A DNA stretch of 64,000 nt from assembly GCA_963803805.1 (NCBI GenBank), contig CAWDOD010000004.1:256001-320000 (forward strand). Direction: 5' to 3'. The translations under genes were made by a program, and so were the position numbers. This document shows positions 32,557 through 43,937 of this stretch, one piece after another (the stretch's first letter is position 1; the number at the start of each line of letters is the position of its first letter). The notes beneath the pieces are model-generated. The model saw nothing but the letters and a program-made list of their open reading frames with translations, was not told the DNA's origin and ran no database searches. Source of the DNA: an uncultured cyanobacterium. GTDB taxonomy: Bacteria > Cyanobacteriota > Cyanobacteriia > Cyanobacteriales > CAWCAG01.

Positions 32557-34065
32557 ATGAGCAATGAGCAGTACATTCTTGCCCTTGATTTAGGAACCAC
32601 AGGCAACCGAGCAATTTTATTCGATCACCAAGGGGCAGTAGTAGGGCAAGCATATCAAGAATTAACACAATACTATCCTCAACCCGGTTGGTTGGAACAC
32701 GATGCAACGGAAATTTGGCAAGACATTCGTCGTTGCATTACTAAAGTAGTTCAAAAAACAAAAATAGCCCCAAAGACTATTGTTGCTGCTGGTTTGACGG
32801 TACAAAGAGAAACTTGCTTATTGTGGGATAAAACCACTGGCAAACCTTTGCATAAAGCGATTGTTTGGCAAGATCGTCGTACTGCTGCCCAATGTCATCA
32901 GTTAATTGAACAAGGACATTCTGCAACTATTATAGAAAGCACTGGTTTGGTGGTAGATGCTTATTTCTCTGCTACTAAGTTAGCTTGGTTATTAAACTGG
33001 GTTAAGGAGCATAATTCAGAAATTGATCTCAACAACATCCTAGCGGGAACTATTGATACTTGGGTACTTTGGAACCTAACAGGGGGCAAAGTTCATAGCA
33101 CAGATCATAGCAATGCTAGCCGCACTATGTTGATGAACCTAGCTAGCTTAGATTGGGATGATACCTTGTTGGAATTGTTCCATATTCCCCGCCAGTTAAT
33201 GCCAACTATTAAGCCCAGTATGGGGAAATTTGGGACAATCAGCCCGGAAATATTAGGAGTAGAAATTCCCATCACTGCTATCTTCGGTGATCAACAATCC
33301 GCCTTATTTGCCCATGGTTGCGATCGCCCTGGACTATTAAAATGTACCTATGGCACAGGTTCTTTTTTAGTTGCCCAAGCCGGGGAAAAAATTGTGCGAT
33401 CGCGCCAAAAACTTCTTTCTACCGTCGCCTGGACAAAATCTGCCCAAGAAGTGAATTACGCCATCGAAGGTGCAATGTTCACCACCGGGGCTTGCATCCA
33501 ATGGCTTAGGGATGGCTTAAAGCTAATTAAAACCGCCCAGGAAACAGAATCTTTAGCCCAACAAGTCGAAGATACCAACGGTGTTTACTTTGTTCCTGCT
33601 TTAAGTGGCTTAGGCGCGCCTCACTGGGATATGAGCGCCCGTGGAGCCTTTTTTGGTATAACTGGAGGGGTAGGGCGAGAACATTTGGTGAGGGCTGTTT
33701 TAGAGTCCATTGCTTACCAAGTTAAAGAAGTGGTTGAAGCGATTAATCAAGATAGCAACCAAGCTGTTTCCCTACTCAAGGTAGATGGGGGTATGTCGCA
33801 AAATAACTTCCTGATGCAATTCCAAGCAGATGTTTTGGGCATCAAAGTAGAACGTCCTGCTATTATTGATGCTACTGCCCAAGGTGCAGCTTTTGGTGCA
33901 GGTTTAGCCGTAGGATTTTGGGAGGATTACCAAGAATTAATTGCCCAACGCAAAGTAGAACGAGTTTTTCAGCCTGGAGAAGGGGCAAGTCAAGCCCAAG
34001 CTAACTTTGCACCCTGGCAAGAAGCTGTAGAAAGAACAAAAAAATGGCTCATCTCTAAATCATAA
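32557..34065 (+). CDS. glpK: Glycerol kinase
   Basis: DLGTTG, QRET, WQDRR, GDQQ, KCTYGTG and GLGAPHW motifs; start codon sits in an (AATGAGC)3 repeat. Confidence 0.96.
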   Translation: MSNEQYILALDLGTTGNRAILFDHQGAVVGQAYQELTQYYPQPGWLEHDATEIWQDIRRCITKVVQKTKIAPKTIVAAGLTVQRETCLLWDKTTGKPLHKAIVWQDRRTAAQCHQLIEQGHSATIIESTGLVVDAYFSATKLAWLLNWVKEHNSEIDLNNILAGTIDTWVLWNLTGGKVHSTDHSNASRTMLMNLASLDWDDTLLELFHIPRQLMPTIKPSMGKFGTISPEILGVEIPITAIFGDQQSALFAHGCDRPGLLKCTYGTGSFLVAQAGEKIVRSRQKLLSTVAWTKSAQEVNYAIEGAMFTTGACIQWLRDGLKLIKTAQETESLAQQVEDTNGVYFVPALSGLGAPHWDMSARGAFFGITGGVGREHLVRAVLESIAYQVKEVVEAINQDSNQAVSLLKVDGGMSQNNFLMQFQADVLGIKVERPAIIDATAQGAAFGAGLAVGFWEDYQELIAQRKVERVFQPGEGASQAQANFAPWQEAVERTKKWLISKS

Positions 34066-34159
34066 GTACTTGAGCAAAATTAACTTAACATTTTGTTGGG
34101 GTAGGGAACAGTTAATATAACTGAATAGCAAATATACGAATAATTTTGTACGACTACCT
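34064..34159. mobile_element. MITE-like dispersed repeat between convergent glpK and glyS
   Basis: Imperfect inverted ends AAGTACTTGAGCAAAATTA...TAATTTTGTACGACTACCT. Confidence 0.45.
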
Positions 34160-34163
34160 GAAT

Positions 34164-36302
34164 TTAACTTTTGACGATTGGCCCAAAATCTGCTAAGACT
34201 CTGGCGTGGTTGCGTAATAAGCCTAATAAATTGAGACGATTTTCTTTTACTTTTTCATCTTCTGCCATCACCAAAACGCTATCTTCCCCATCAAAAAAGC
34301 TCCTTACTGTGGGAGTAATTTGGGCTAACTCGTCTACTAATAATTGATAATTACGCTGTTGTTGAGAAGCTTGAGTTTTGGGGACTAATTGTACTAAAGC
34401 ATCATAAAAACTTTGCTCAGAATTCTTTTCAAACAAATCTACATTTACTACTTCTGATGGTTGCAACTCTTTGGTGTTTAAGTTCCCTTTAACCGCTAAA
34501 CGAGTAGAGCGGTTAACTGTTTCATAAATTATATCTAAGGTTTTGTTATTGCGAATTTCCTGGAGGAATAAGGCGCGATCTCGAACATCTAATAAATCTG
34601 TTAAAGCCCTATTAGTATATTCTGGATCACTTTCTCCCAACACAGCATTAACCAGATCATAATCAATACTTAAGTCGCTTTGCAATAGGGTTTGAATCCG
34701 TTGAACAAAGAACTCTTCTAGGGACTCTAAAGGAGATTCAGATGCAGAAAAAGTAGCGATAAACTTGTCGGAAAATTGCTGTAATAAAGCTGCTAAATCT
34801 ATACTCAATTCAGCATCCCAAATAATATTAATTATGCTATTAGCTGCCCGCCGTAAAGCAAAGGGATCTGTCGAACCTGTGGGTATCATCCCTAAACCAA
34901 AAATACTAACCAAGCTATCTAAACGATCAGCAATACCAACTACTTGTCCGGTTAAAGATTGTGGTAATTTATCTTCAGCCCCCCGTGGTAAGTAGTGTTC
35001 AGAAATTCCTTTAGCAACAACTTCTTTTTCACCACTAGCTAAAGCATATTTTTCCCCCATAATACCTTCAAGTTCAGGAAACTCATAAACCATTTGCGTC
35101 ATAAGATCCCCTTTCGCTAAAAAGGCAGTACGTTGAATATCTTCAATATCAGTTTGACTAACTTTTAATTGAGTTGCGATCGCCCCAGCAATATCTTGAA
35201 AACGTTCTACCTTTTCTTTTACCGTACCCAACTTTTCTTGAAAAGTCATAGTTTCTAGTTGAGGTACATAATCACCTAAAGGTTTAGCTAAATCTGCTTG
35301 ATAGAAAAACTGGGCATCAGCTAACCTAGCCCGAATTACCCGACCATTTCCTGCCGCAATAATTTTCGCTTTAGTGGGGTCGCCATTAGAAATAGTAATA
35401 AAATTAGGTAATAAATTATTATTACTATCTTGAATGGGAAAATAGCGCTGATGAGTTACCATAACTGTAGTAATCACTTCATCTGGTAATTCTAAAAATT
35501 GTGATTCAAATTCTCCCACCACAGCAGTAGGATATTCTACTAAATTAGTTACTTCTGCTAACAATTCGGGATAAACTATGGCACTACCAGAAATCTCTTT
35601 AGCTGCTTCATTAATATCTTGTTCAATCAAGTTCTTGCGTTCAACTTGATCAACTTGAATAAAAGCGGACTTTAAAGACTCTAAATAACTCTGAGCATTG
35701 ATAATAACTATAGGTTCAGGATGTAAAACTCGATGTCCTAAACAGAGGCGATCGCTGCTTAAAGTTGTCTCCCCATTAACTAATTTAAGGGGTAAAATGT
35801 CCGCATCCAAAAGGGCAACTAACCAGCGAATCGGGCGAGGAAAACGTAAATCCCCATTTCCCCAACGCATAAACCGCTTACCTTCTAAACTATTAATCCA
35901 ATTAGGAATTAAATCTGGTAAAATCTCTGTAGTTAATTTCCCCCTAATCTGCTTTTCAACAAAAACAAATTCTCCTTTCTCTGTAGGGCGAATTGACAAA
36001 CTATCTAAGTCAACTCCTTGCTTCTTAGCAAAACCTGCTGCTGCTTTAGTCGGTTTCCCCTCCTTAAAAGCCACCTTTGCCGGGGGACCTTTAATTTCTT
36101 CTTCTCGGTTTGGTTGCTTGTCAGGTAAGCCTTCAATCACCACCGCAAGACGACGAGGAGTTCCATACACTTTAATACTTTCAGGACTCAAAAAGACATC
36201 TTGCAAACTTTTGGGCAGAGAATCTTCCCACTGCTCAATGGCACTATCAACAAAATCTGCGGGTAATTCTTCTGTACCGACTTCTAAAACAAAGGTTGGC
36301 AT
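34164..36302 (-). CDS. glyS: Glycine--tRNA ligase beta subunit
   Basis: [17 protein letters not shown]...FPRPIRW, EFPELEG and [10 protein letters not shown] motifs. Confidence 0.96.
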   Translation of the reverse strand: MPTFVLEVGTEELPADFVDSAIEQWEDSLPKSLQDVFLSPESIKVYGTPRRLAVVIEGLPDKQPNREEEIKGPPAKVAFKEGKPTKAAAGFAKKQGVDLDSLSIRPTEKGEFVFVEKQIRGKLTTEILPDLIPNWINSLEGKRFMRWGNGDLRFPRPIRWLVALLDADILPLKLVNGETTLSSDRLCLGHRVLHPEPIVIINAQSYLESLKSAFIQVDQVERKNLIEQDINEAAKEISGSAIVYPELLAEVTNLVEYPTAVVGEFESQFLELPDEVITTVMVTHQRYFPIQDSNNNLLPNFITISNGDPTKAKIIAAGNGRVIRARLADAQFFYQADLAKPLGDYVPQLETMTFQEKLGTVKEKVERFQDIAGAIATQLKVSQTDIEDIQRTAFLAKGDLMTQMVYEFPELEGIMGEKYALASGEKEVVAKGISEHYLPRGAEDKLPQSLTGQVVGIADRLDSLVSIFGLGMIPTGSTDPFALRRAANSIINIIWDAELSIDLAALLQQFSDKFIATFSASESPLESLEEFFVQRIQTLLQSDLSIDYDLVNAVLGESDPEYTNRALTDLLDVRDRALFLQEIRNNKTLDIIYETVNRSTRLAVKGNLNTKELQPSEVVNVDLFEKNSEQSFYDALVQLVPKTQASQQQRNYQLLVDELAQITPTVRSFFDGEDSVLVMAEDEKVKENRLNLLGLLRNHARVLADFGPIVKS

Positions 36303-36650
36303 AATATAGGTCTAATATAAAATCTGTCCACTAGGAAAAGGCCAAGGGTAAGCCGTACTAAATTATCCCCTAGTACCAAAAATAAAGACAAGGGAATCAA
36401 AAAACAAATTTACCAAGATACATTTTGCACCCCAGAATATTTCTTATCTAGGGTTGAGTCATTGATCTACTATTTTCCTTAATATCAGTTCTTCAATAAG
36501 CGATCGCAGATAATTCAGATAAAATCCGGATAATCAACCTCAACTAAGCTAAATAAATGTAGGAGCATCAAGAGGAAGTAGCTTATTTTCATCATCAACG
36601 AACAAACTTTAAGCTACAATTAAAGGCTGTGATTATTTTTCTTGTGACCC

Positions 36651-37013
36651 ATGAAAACCGAAGAAATCATCCGCTCTATAGAAGCAGAACATATCAAAAA
36701 GGACTTACCTGTCATCCATATTGGCGATACCGTCCGAGTTGGAGTACGCATTCGTGAAGGTAATAAAGAAAGGGTACAGCCCTACGAAGGTACAGTCATT
36801 GCTAGACGTAATGGTGGCATCAGCGAAACTATTACCGTCAGAAAAGTTTTCCAAGGAGTAGGAGTAGAAAGAGTCTTTTTGCTTCATTCTCCTCGTATCG
36901 ACAAAATCAAAATTATCCGTCGCGGTAAAGTTCGTCGAGCTAAATTGTATTACTTACGCGATCGCGTCGGTAAAGCAACCCGCATTAAACAGCGTTTCGA
37001 CCGCTCTATCTAA
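36651..37013 (+). CDS. rplS: 50S ribosomal protein L19
   Basis: [14 protein letters not shown] and [12 protein letters not shown] motifs. Confidence 0.98.
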   Translation: MKTEEIIRSIEAEHIKKDLPVIHIGDTVRVGVRIREGNKERVQPYEGTVIARRNGGISETITVRKVFQGVGVERVFLLHSPRIDKIKIIRRGKVRRAKLYYLRDRVGKATRIKQRFDRSI

Positions 37014-37083
37014 ACAACTTGTGCAGCATTGCGTTACAATTAACGAGAGACAGGCTTAACTTTGGCTGAAATTCCAAAGCTCT

Positions 37084-37156
37084 GCGCTCTTAGTTCAGTT
37101 GGTAGAACGCGGGTCTCCAAAACCCGATGTCGGGGGTTCAAGTCCTCCAGGGCGCG
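37084..37156 (+). tRNA. trnW: tRNA-Trp (CCA)
   Basis: Acceptor stem GCGCTCT/AGGGCGC, anticodon arm CGGGT-CTCCAAA-ACCCG, GTTCAAGTC T-loop; upstream of secE. Confidence 0.96.
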
Positions 37157-37375
37157 CTCTCAATTCAAGCAGCAAAACAAGTACTTTTATCTTGGCTAGT
37201 CCTTAGTAAAAGCATCCCCTGACCTGTGTTAGACTTCATTAAGAGATAACGCAGCTACTGGGAATATCACAAAAAGTGAGTACAGAACTTTAAAGCTTTT
37301 GGAGTTCTTGAATTTTGTACTTTATCAATTCCCAGCCATAAGCTATTTAGCAATTAACGGGGGAGGGAATGGATA

Positions 37376-37615
37376 GTGGCGAAAAAAGACGTAGCACCAA
37401 AAGAAATGGCAACGGCTCAAGAAAGTAAAAATTCTTCTGGGATAGGTAAATTCATCCAAGAAACCCAAGAAGAACTCAAAAAAATAGTTTGGCCATCTAG
37501 ACAGCAGTTGATTAGCGAATCAGCCGCCGTAATATCGATGGTCATTTTGGTTGCTACACTTATTTATTTTATCGACAAACTCTTCGCTTGGGGAGCAGAG
37601 AAGGTATTCGGATGA
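37376..37615 (+). CDS. secE: Preprotein translocase subunit SecE
   Basis: EELKKIVWPSRQQL plus one TM; precedes nusG. Confidence 0.95.
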   Translation: MAKKDVAPKEMATAQESKNSSGIGKFIQETQEELKKIVWPSRQQLISESAAVISMVILVATLIYFIDKLFAWGAEKVFG

Positions 37616-38235
37616 GTTTTGCAGCAGATGATGAGCTAGAAATACCAGAACAAGAGGCTCAAAAGAAACCCAAAAACGGCCGCTGGTATGCCGTACAAGT
37701 CGCTTCCGGTTGTGAGAAGCGAGTTAAAGCTAACTTAGAACAGCGCATCCATACCCTAGATGTCGCTGATAAGGTTTTTCAGGTACAAATTCCCCATACA
37801 CCAACGATAAAAATCCGCAAGGATGGTTCTCGCCAACAAAGTGAGGAGAAAGTTTTCCCTGGCTATGTTTTGGTTAAAATGACCATGGATGATGATGCTT
37901 GGCAAGCAGTGAAAAACACCCCTAATGTCATTAACTTCGTTGGTGCAGAACAAAAGCGCCGTTATGGTAGGGGCAGAGGTCACGTTAAACCGATGCCCCT
38001 AAGTCCAGGGGAAGTAGAACGTATCTTCAAACAAACCCAAGAACAAGAACCAGTTGTCAAAATTGACATGGCTGTGGGAGACAAAATTGCTGTTCTCTCG
38101 GGGCCATTTAAGGAATTTGAAGGAGAAGTAATTGAAGTTAGCCCCGAAAGGAGCAAATTAAAAGCACTTCTCTCTATCTTTGGGCGAGATACACCAGTAG
38201 AATTGGAATTTAATCAGGTTGAGAAACAAAATTAA
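37612..38235 (+). CDS. nusG: Transcription termination/antitermination factor NusG
   Basis: [19 protein letters not shown] and [14 protein letters not shown] overlaps the secE stop (ATGA). Confidence 0.97.
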   Translation: MSFAADDELEIPEQEAQKKPKNGRWYAVQVASGCEKRVKANLEQRIHTLDVADKVFQVQIPHTPTIKIRKDGSRQQSEEKVFPGYVLVKMTMDDDAWQAVKNTPNVINFVGAEQKRRYGRGRGHVKPMPLSPGEVERIFKQTQEQEPVVKIDMAVGDKIAVLSGPFKEFEGEVIEVSPERSKLKALLSIFGRDTPVELEFNQVEKQN

Positions 38236-38237
38236 AG

Positions 38238-38663
38238 ATGGCAAAAAAAGTTGTTGCGCTGATTAAGCTGGCCTTACCAGCAGGGAAAGCGAACCCAGCC
38301 CCCCCCGTAGGTCCTGCATTAGGTCAACATGGTGTCAACATCATGGCATTCTGTAAAGAATATAACGCCCGCACCGCAGACCAAGTAGGAATGGTGATCC
38401 CAGTAGAAATTTCGGTTTATGAAGACCGGAGTTTCACCTTTGCTCTAAAAACTCCACCAGCTTCAGTTTTAATTCGTAAAGCGGCCGGAGTGGAAAAAGG
38501 AGCCAGCGAACCAAATAAACAAAAGATTGGGACAATTACCCGCGCTCAACTCCAAGAGATAGCCCAAACAAAAATGCCTGACCTCAATGCTAATGATATT
38601 GAGGCAGCCATGAAAATTGTCGAAGGCACTGCTCGTAACATGGGCGTTGGCGTTGAGGGTTAA
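38238..38663 (+). CDS. rplK: 50S ribosomal protein L11
   Basis: [18 protein letters not shown] motif. Confidence 0.98.
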   Translation: MAKKVVALIKLALPAGKANPAPPVGPALGQHGVNIMAFCKEYNARTADQVGMVIPVEISVYEDRSFTFALKTPPASVLIRKAAGVEKGASEPNKQKIGTITRAQLQEIAQTKMPDLNANDIEAAMKIVEGTARNMGVGVEG

Positions 38664-38730
38664 AGGTAAAATTAATTAAGAGCAAACTAGGGGAGAAGCC
38701 AAAGCTTCGTTAAGACCCAAGGAGAAATAA

Positions 38731-39447
38731 ATGGCCAAAAAACTATCCCGTCGCATCAAAGCGGCTTTAGCAAAAATTGAAGACCGGGCTTACGAACCCT
38801 TAGAAGCTATCAACCTCATGAAGGAAACAGCCACAGCCAAGTTTGAGGAAACGGCTGAGGTGCATATCCGCTTAGGAATTGATCCTAAATATACAGACCA
38901 ACAGCTACGAACTACCGTTAGCTTACCCAAAGGTACAGGACAAGAAGTACGGGTAGCAGTAATTGCTAGGGGTGAAAAAGTCACCGAAGCCCAAGAAGCT
39001 GGCGCTGATGTGGCGGGTTCAGAAGAATTGATTGAAGAAATCCAAAAAGGTATGATGGATTTTGATACCTTAATTGCCACCCCAGATATGATGCCTAAAG
39101 TGGCTAAACTAGGTCGCTTACTTGGACCTCGCGGCTTGATGCCTTCTCCTAAAGGAGGAACCGTTACCGCAGACTTACAAGGAGCAATTAAAGCCTTTAA
39201 AGCTGGTAAACTAGAATTTCGTGCTGACAGAACAGGCATCGTTCATGTTATGTTTGGTAAGATATCTTTCCCCAGTGAAGACCTTTTGGCTAACCTCAAA
39301 GCACTGCAAGAAACTGTAGAGCGTAACCGTCCAGCAGGAGCAAAAGGCCGTTACTGGCGGAGTATGTATATTTCTGCCACTATGGGACCATCTATAGAGG
39401 TGGATATTTCAGCTCTTCGAGATATAAAAACCCTTGAAGCCGCTTAA
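38731..39447 (+). CDS. rplA: 50S ribosomal protein L1
   Basis: [17 protein letters not shown] and ATMGPS motifs. Confidence 0.98.
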   Translation: MAKKLSRRIKAALAKIEDRAYEPLEAINLMKETATAKFEETAEVHIRLGIDPKYTDQQLRTTVSLPKGTGQEVRVAVIARGEKVTEAQEAGADVAGSEELIEEIQKGMMDFDTLIATPDMMPKVAKLGRLLGPRGLMPSPKGGTVTADLQGAIKAFKAGKLEFRADRTGIVHVMFGKISFPSEDLLANLKALQETVERNRPAGAKGRYWRSMYISATMGPSIEVDISALRDIKTLEAA

Positions 39448-39503
39448 ACAAAGGAGAATTTGCTCAACTTGAAAAGCATTAACTGAAAACTGAATCGGCT
39501 TAT

Positions 39504-39655
39504 GCCAAAGACAGCAGGGGGATAGCTTGCTAACTTAATTATCCTGCCGAGGTTAATGCCTAGAGTTGATGTCACCAAAAACTACATGGTGACATATATC
39601 AAAAAGCTCTGAGCAAATTATCAAACAACCCCGGCACTAAGTCGGGGTTAATTTT
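39504..39655 (+). ncRNA. Ribosomal protein L10 leader (cis-regulatory RNA)
   Basis: CCAAAGACAGCAGG...TTAAT..CCTGCCGAGG core followed by an AACCCCGGC/GTCGGGGTT hairpin, upstream of rplJ. Confidence 0.75.
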
Positions 39656-39740
39656 TGGAGTCTAGTTATTTTTGAAAAATACCCAGAAGTCTCCAATGTT
39701 TAATGTTCAATGATCAATGAAATAAGGAGGTGAAACGAAT

Positions 39741-40307
39741 ATGGGACGAAGCTTTGCAGATAAGCAAGAAGTTGTTGCCAATCTAATTGAAGAATTGAGT
39801 GACACTCAACTGGCGCTAGTTATAGATTACAAAGGTTTATCCGTTGCTGAAATTAGCGACTTGCGGGATCGCTTGCGTCCGACTGGTACTACTTGCAAAG
39901 TAACTAAAAATACTTTGATGAATATTGCCATCAAAGAGGATGAAAACTGGCAACCGATGCAGGAATTTCTCAAAGATTCCTCAGCATTTTTGTTGGTTAA
40001 AGATGACCTGGGTGGCGCAATTAAAGCTTACCAAGGATTCCAAAAAGAAACCAAAAAAACCGCCTTTCGTGGTGGTGTGATGCAGGGAAGAGCCTTAAGC
40101 GAAGATGATGTTAAGGCGATCGCTGAATTACCATCCAAAGAAGAACTTATGGCCAAAATTGCTGGTGGGCTTAATGCCTTGGCTACTAAGTTAGCTGTGG
40201 GTATCAAAGAAGTACCAACCTCTTTAGGTCGTGGCATCAACGAAGTACCTAGTTCTCTAGGTCGAGTTTTACAAGCTGTTGCTCAACAAAAAGAAGGCGG
40301 CGAGTAA
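39741..40307 (+). CDS. rplJ: 50S ribosomal protein L10
   Basis: DYKGLSV, KVTKNTL and LPSKEEL motifs. Confidence 0.97.
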   Translation: MGRSFADKQEVVANLIEELSDTQLALVIDYKGLSVAEISDLRDRLRPTGTTCKVTKNTLMNIAIKEDENWQPMQEFLKDSSAFLLVKDDLGGAIKAYQGFQKETKKTAFRGGVMQGRALSEDDVKAIAELPSKEELMAKIAGGLNALATKLAVGIKEVPTSLGRGINEVPSSLGRVLQAVAQQKEGGE

Positions 40308-40366
40308 TTTAATTATTATAACTCCCACCTCTAATCACAATCTCAAACCAAACAAGGAGAATATTA

Positions 40367-40762
40367 ATGTCTGCTACAACCGACGAAATCTTAGAAAAAC
40401 TAAAGTCCCTAACCTTATTAGAAGCTTCTGAATTAGTTAGCCAAATTGAAGATACCTTTGGTGTCAGTGCTGCTGCCCCTGTAGGTGGTATGATGGCTAT
40501 GGCTCCTGCTGCTGCTGGTGGCGGTGCTGCCCCTGCTGAGGTAGAAGAGCAGACCGAATTTGATGTTATTTTAGAAGACTTCGGTGCTAACAAAATTGCT
40601 GTGCTGAAGGTAGTACGTTCTATCACTGGTTTAGGTCTTAAAGAGGCTAAAGAAGTCGTAGAATCTGCTCCTAAGCCTGTTAAAGAAGCCGTAAGCAAAG
40701 AAGATGCTGAAGATGTGAAAAAGCAGCTAGAAGAAGCTGGTGCTAAGGCTAGCGTTAAGTAG
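40367..40762 (+). CDS. rplL: 50S ribosomal protein L7/L12
   Basis: [15 protein letters not shown] and GLGLKEAK motifs. Confidence 0.98.
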   Translation: MSATTDEILEKLKSLTLLEASELVSQIEDTFGVSAAAPVGGMMAMAPAAAGGGAAPAEVEEQTEFDVILEDFGANKIAVLKVVRSITGLGLKEAKEVVESAPKPVKEAVSKEDAEDVKKQLEEAGAKASVK

Positions 40763-40770
40763 AAGAAGTT

Positions 40771-40803
40771 TTGTAGAGGCGTTGTTACTTCGCGTCTCTA
40801 CAA
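40771..40803 (+). terminator. REP-like hairpin after rplL (possible terminator or 3' stabiliser)
   Basis: TTGTAGAGGCG-N11-CGTCTCTACAA inverted repeat. Confidence 0.6.
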
Positions 40804-40815
40804 CTTAGCTTTTAA

Positions 40816-40955
40816 AGCGTTGCTGATTCAAGGTATGAAGCTGAAAGTAATACTGTTTTTAGCTTTTAGCTGTTAGCTCTTAGCTAAGGAACTAACTTTT
40901 GCACCTGAGATTATCAAAGTAATCTGCTTTTTTCCTACACATATCCAACAATGCC
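40816..40955. mobile_element. MITE-like element containing heptamer repeats
   Basis: AGCGTTGCTGATT...ATCCAACAATGCC imperfect ends; internal TTTTAGC/TGTTAGC/TCTTAGC repeats. Confidence 0.45.
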
Positions 40956-41010
40956 GCTTTTAGGTTTTCTTAATCTATAATATCTTGGCAACTCCGTTTG
41001 AAATTGGATT

Positions 41011-41226
41011 ATGTTAGCCCACCGCATTAATGCCATAATTGGACAAGATAAAAAACTGACCCTTGAAAACCTACCTTTTCACTCTGGTGAAATAGTTGAG
41101 GTAATTATTTTATCTAAGTCCCAAAACCCATCTGAACAAAAAAGATATCCACTTCGCGGAACTATTTGTCAGTATATCAATCCTACTGAACCTGTAGCGC
41201 AAGATGAGTGGGAAGTTACAAAATGA
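41011..41226 (+). CDS. Putative type II antitoxin
   Basis: 71 aa; LPFHSGEIVEVIIL...PLRG; stop overlaps the PIN gene start. Confidence 0.7.
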   Translation: MLAHRINAIIGQDKKLTLENLPFHSGEIVEVIILSKSQNPSEQKRYPLRGTICQYINPTEPVAQDEWEVTK

Positions 41227-41621
41227 TTGTGCTTGATACTCATATTTGGATCTGGTGGGTGCATGGAGATGACAAGCTTAAGCAAGAATACCAAAATTAC
41301 GTTCAATCCCAAGAGTTGCAAGGTTTAGGAATTAGCACTATTTCTTGCTGGGAAACTGCTAAATTGGTTGAACGCAGTCGGTTGACTTTGCCTTGTCCTG
41401 TCAGCGAGTGGCTTGATCAAGCACTTGCTTATCCTGGTATCTGTCTTTTAGAGTTAACTCCTCAAATCTGTGTGGAGTCTACTCAACTACCTGGTGAATT
41501 TCACTGAGATCCTGCTGATCAGATTATTGTTGCAACAGCAAGGGTTTATGATTGTCCACTAGTAACTATGGATAGTAAAATACAAAGCTATTCTCATGTT
41601 CAGACGAAGCTTATCCCATAG
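41223..41621 (+). pseudogene. vapC: VapC/PIN toxin with an internal nonsense codon
   Basis: MIVLDTHIWIW...GEFH*DPADQIIVATA...LVTMD; TGA at 41505-41507, frame continues to 41621. Confidence 0.85.
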
Positions 41622-42221
41622 GTTTTCTAATTTTTTTAGGGGTAATAAGTTGTTGAAAATTAACTGGAAATTTTCTGCGATTTTTGCTTTAGTGATCGCA
41701 CTCTTACCTTTTCCAGTCCTCGCCAATGCAGGAACACCTTTGATGTGGGCGGGAATTTCCCATCTTTTACTCGGCAATGCCATTATTGGTTCAGTAGAAG
41801 CATTCTTACTTACGAAACTATTTCGCACTCGCAAATGGCCATCTGTTTGGCTACTATACGCTGCTAACTACATATCTGCTTGGGTAGGAGCATTACTGAT
41901 TTTGCCTCTCTTGCCGGCGATCGCCCCCAATTTTATGAGGAAGTAACCAAGCTTACTAAAAACAGTGACTGGGAATATCGTACTGTAGTTTGGGCAGCAG
42001 GAGGAATTATTGGTAATAACCAAAAAGAGAATTCAGGATTCCAATTTGCCCTTGAAACACCTTTTGCCGCTTGGCGTGTGAGCAATGCTACTCACCTTGA
42101 AGGGGATGCAGTCGTCTTCCAACTTGGAGACAATCAAGTGTGTATCCTACAGCCTCAAGAAAAAACTATAGCTTTGATTACACGGGGAAGGGAACCCATT
42201 GTGGTGAAACCTAAATCATAA
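41596..42221 (+). pseudogene. Fragmented membrane/exported protein (two out-of-frame pieces)
   Basis: ORFs 41596-41946 and 41880-42221 appear to switch coding frame at the HIP1 site 41917-41924. Confidence 0.55.
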
Positions 42222-42230
42222 ATTGATATT

Positions 42231-43700
42231 ATGCAGTGGCAACCCATCCAAGATTTACCTAATAACTGGCAAGATATTGCTAATACTGAGTTGCCTCCTC
42301 TGGTGATCGTATGGAACGAACAAGCCGAACGTCTCCGCAATTCTGGTGAGTTCAGAACCTTTATAGAAAAGCTACGTCGCGAAATAGCTATTGAAACAGG
42401 TATTATTGAACGTCTCTACGATTTAGATCGTGGCATTACCCGTTTGTTAATAGAGCAAGGGATTAATGAGTCTTTAATTCCTCACGGGGCTACAGATCGC
42501 CCTGTAGGGCAAGTTATTGCCTTAATTCAAGATCAGGAAGCTGCTGTTGAAGGATTGTTTGATTTTGTTGGTAAGCAAAGAAATCTCTCAACCTCTTACA
42601 TCAAGCAATTGCATCAGCTTTTAACTCAAAATCAAGAGACTACAGAGGCGCTAATTCCCTCTACCGGAGAAGTTGTTAGGGTTCCTCTGATTAGCGGTGA
42701 TTGGAAAAAGCGACCAAATAATCCCCTGAGAAAAGGCGGAATTATTCATGAATACTGTCCTCCCGAACAGGTTGCCTCGGAAATGGACAGATTAATCGAG
42801 TTGCATCACCAACATAGAGTAAAACAAGTTTCTCCAGAAGTCGAATCAGCCTGGTTACATCACCGATTTACTCAGATTCATCCTTTTCAAGATGGTAATG
42901 GTAGGGTAGCAAGATGCTTGGCAAGTCTGGTTTTTATTCAAAATGGCTGGTTCCCTCTTGTCCTTACTCGTGATGATAGGGCAGTTTATATTGAAGCCTC
43001 CGAAAAAGCCGATCAAGGTGATTTGTCATCTCTTGTAAATTTGTTCGCTAAAAGTCAAAAACAAGCATTTCTTCGTAGCTTAGGGTTATCAGAACAAATT
43101 TTGTCTGAGGCTAAACGCGCCCAAGTTGTTATTGCTTCGGTTGCAGACAAACTGAAGCAGAATCTTTCCACTTCTATTGAAAAGCGTTGCCAAAAGGCTG
43201 AGACTTATGCCGAACAGTTATTCACGATATCTTTAGAAATGCTGCAAAGTATCTCTGAAGATATCAAAACTTCCTTGCAAAATCTCGTCAGGGAACCTGA
43301 AATTTTCACAGTTGCATCTCCAGTCGATGGCTCTAAATCCTATTATCACCGCTATCAAGTTGTTGAAACAGCTAAGCAATTAGACTACTTTGCAAATCTT
43401 CGTGCTTATTACAAATGGATACAGTTGGTTATTAGTTTGGAATCCTCAACTACAATAATCTTACTCTCTTTTCATGTTCTTGGTCATGAATACAGAGGAC
43501 TTCTGGTATGTTCTGGATGTGCTTATCATCGAGATGAAGCAGAGGAAGGGGAACGCAATACGAATGATATTCAAGCTTTAAGTGATTCTGTTTTTCAATT
43601 TTCCTATGCTGACCAAGAAGATAGGCTTGTCAATCGATTTAAAGAATGGTTAGAAGAGGTAATTGTTAACGGTTTAGAGTACTGGAATGAGAGTTTGTGA
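42231..43700 (+). CDS. Fic family protein
   Basis: Canonical HPFQDGNGRVAR motif; N-terminal TGIIER resembles the (S/T)xxxE inhibitory helix. Confidence 0.92.
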   Translation: MQWQPIQDLPNNWQDIANTELPPLVIVWNEQAERLRNSGEFRTFIEKLRREIAIETGIIERLYDLDRGITRLLIEQGINESLIPHGATDRPVGQVIALIQDQEAAVEGLFDFVGKQRNLSTSYIKQLHQLLTQNQETTEALIPSTGEVVRVPLISGDWKKRPNNPLRKGGIIHEYCPPEQVASEMDRLIELHHQHRVKQVSPEVESAWLHHRFTQIHPFQDGNGRVARCLASLVFIQNGWFPLVLTRDDRAVYIEASEKADQGDLSSLVNLFAKSQKQAFLRSLGLSEQILSEAKRAQVVIASVADKLKQNLSTSIEKRCQKAETYAEQLFTISLEMLQSISEDIKTSLQNLVREPEIFTVASPVDGSKSYYHRYQVVETAKQLDYFANLRAYYKWIQLVISLESSTTIILLSFHVLGHEYRGLLVCSGCAYHRDEAEEGERNTNDIQALSDSVFQFSYADQEDRLVNRFKEWLEEVIVNGLEYWNESL

Positions 43701-43937
43701 GTTCAGTTCGTTTTTCTACAACCTAAACGTTGCAAAATGTTACAAAAAATCTTTTTTTTGAACTACTTTTTGATTTTGCTCTTGACGTGGTAAAATTATT
43801 TTAGATAATGGAAATATTGGCAATTTTTTGAACAAAAGTATCTATTTCCCATTATAAAATAATATCATTAAAGGGGGAAAGAACCAAGGGGAAGAAATAT
43901 TCTGGCTAACTTTCCTCAATTAAATTAATCCATTCAA

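Noticed and set aside
35698-36309. 203-aa plus-strand ORF opposite glyS, and similar antisense ORFs over dnaK, rplA, rplL, the S8 gene and the WD40 region
   Set aside because: Shadow ORFs on the reverse strand of well-supported genes.
37084-37156. tRNA-Trp as an integration site
   Set aside because: It sits in the conserved rplS-trnW-secE-nusG context; no integrase or duplicated 3' end was seen.
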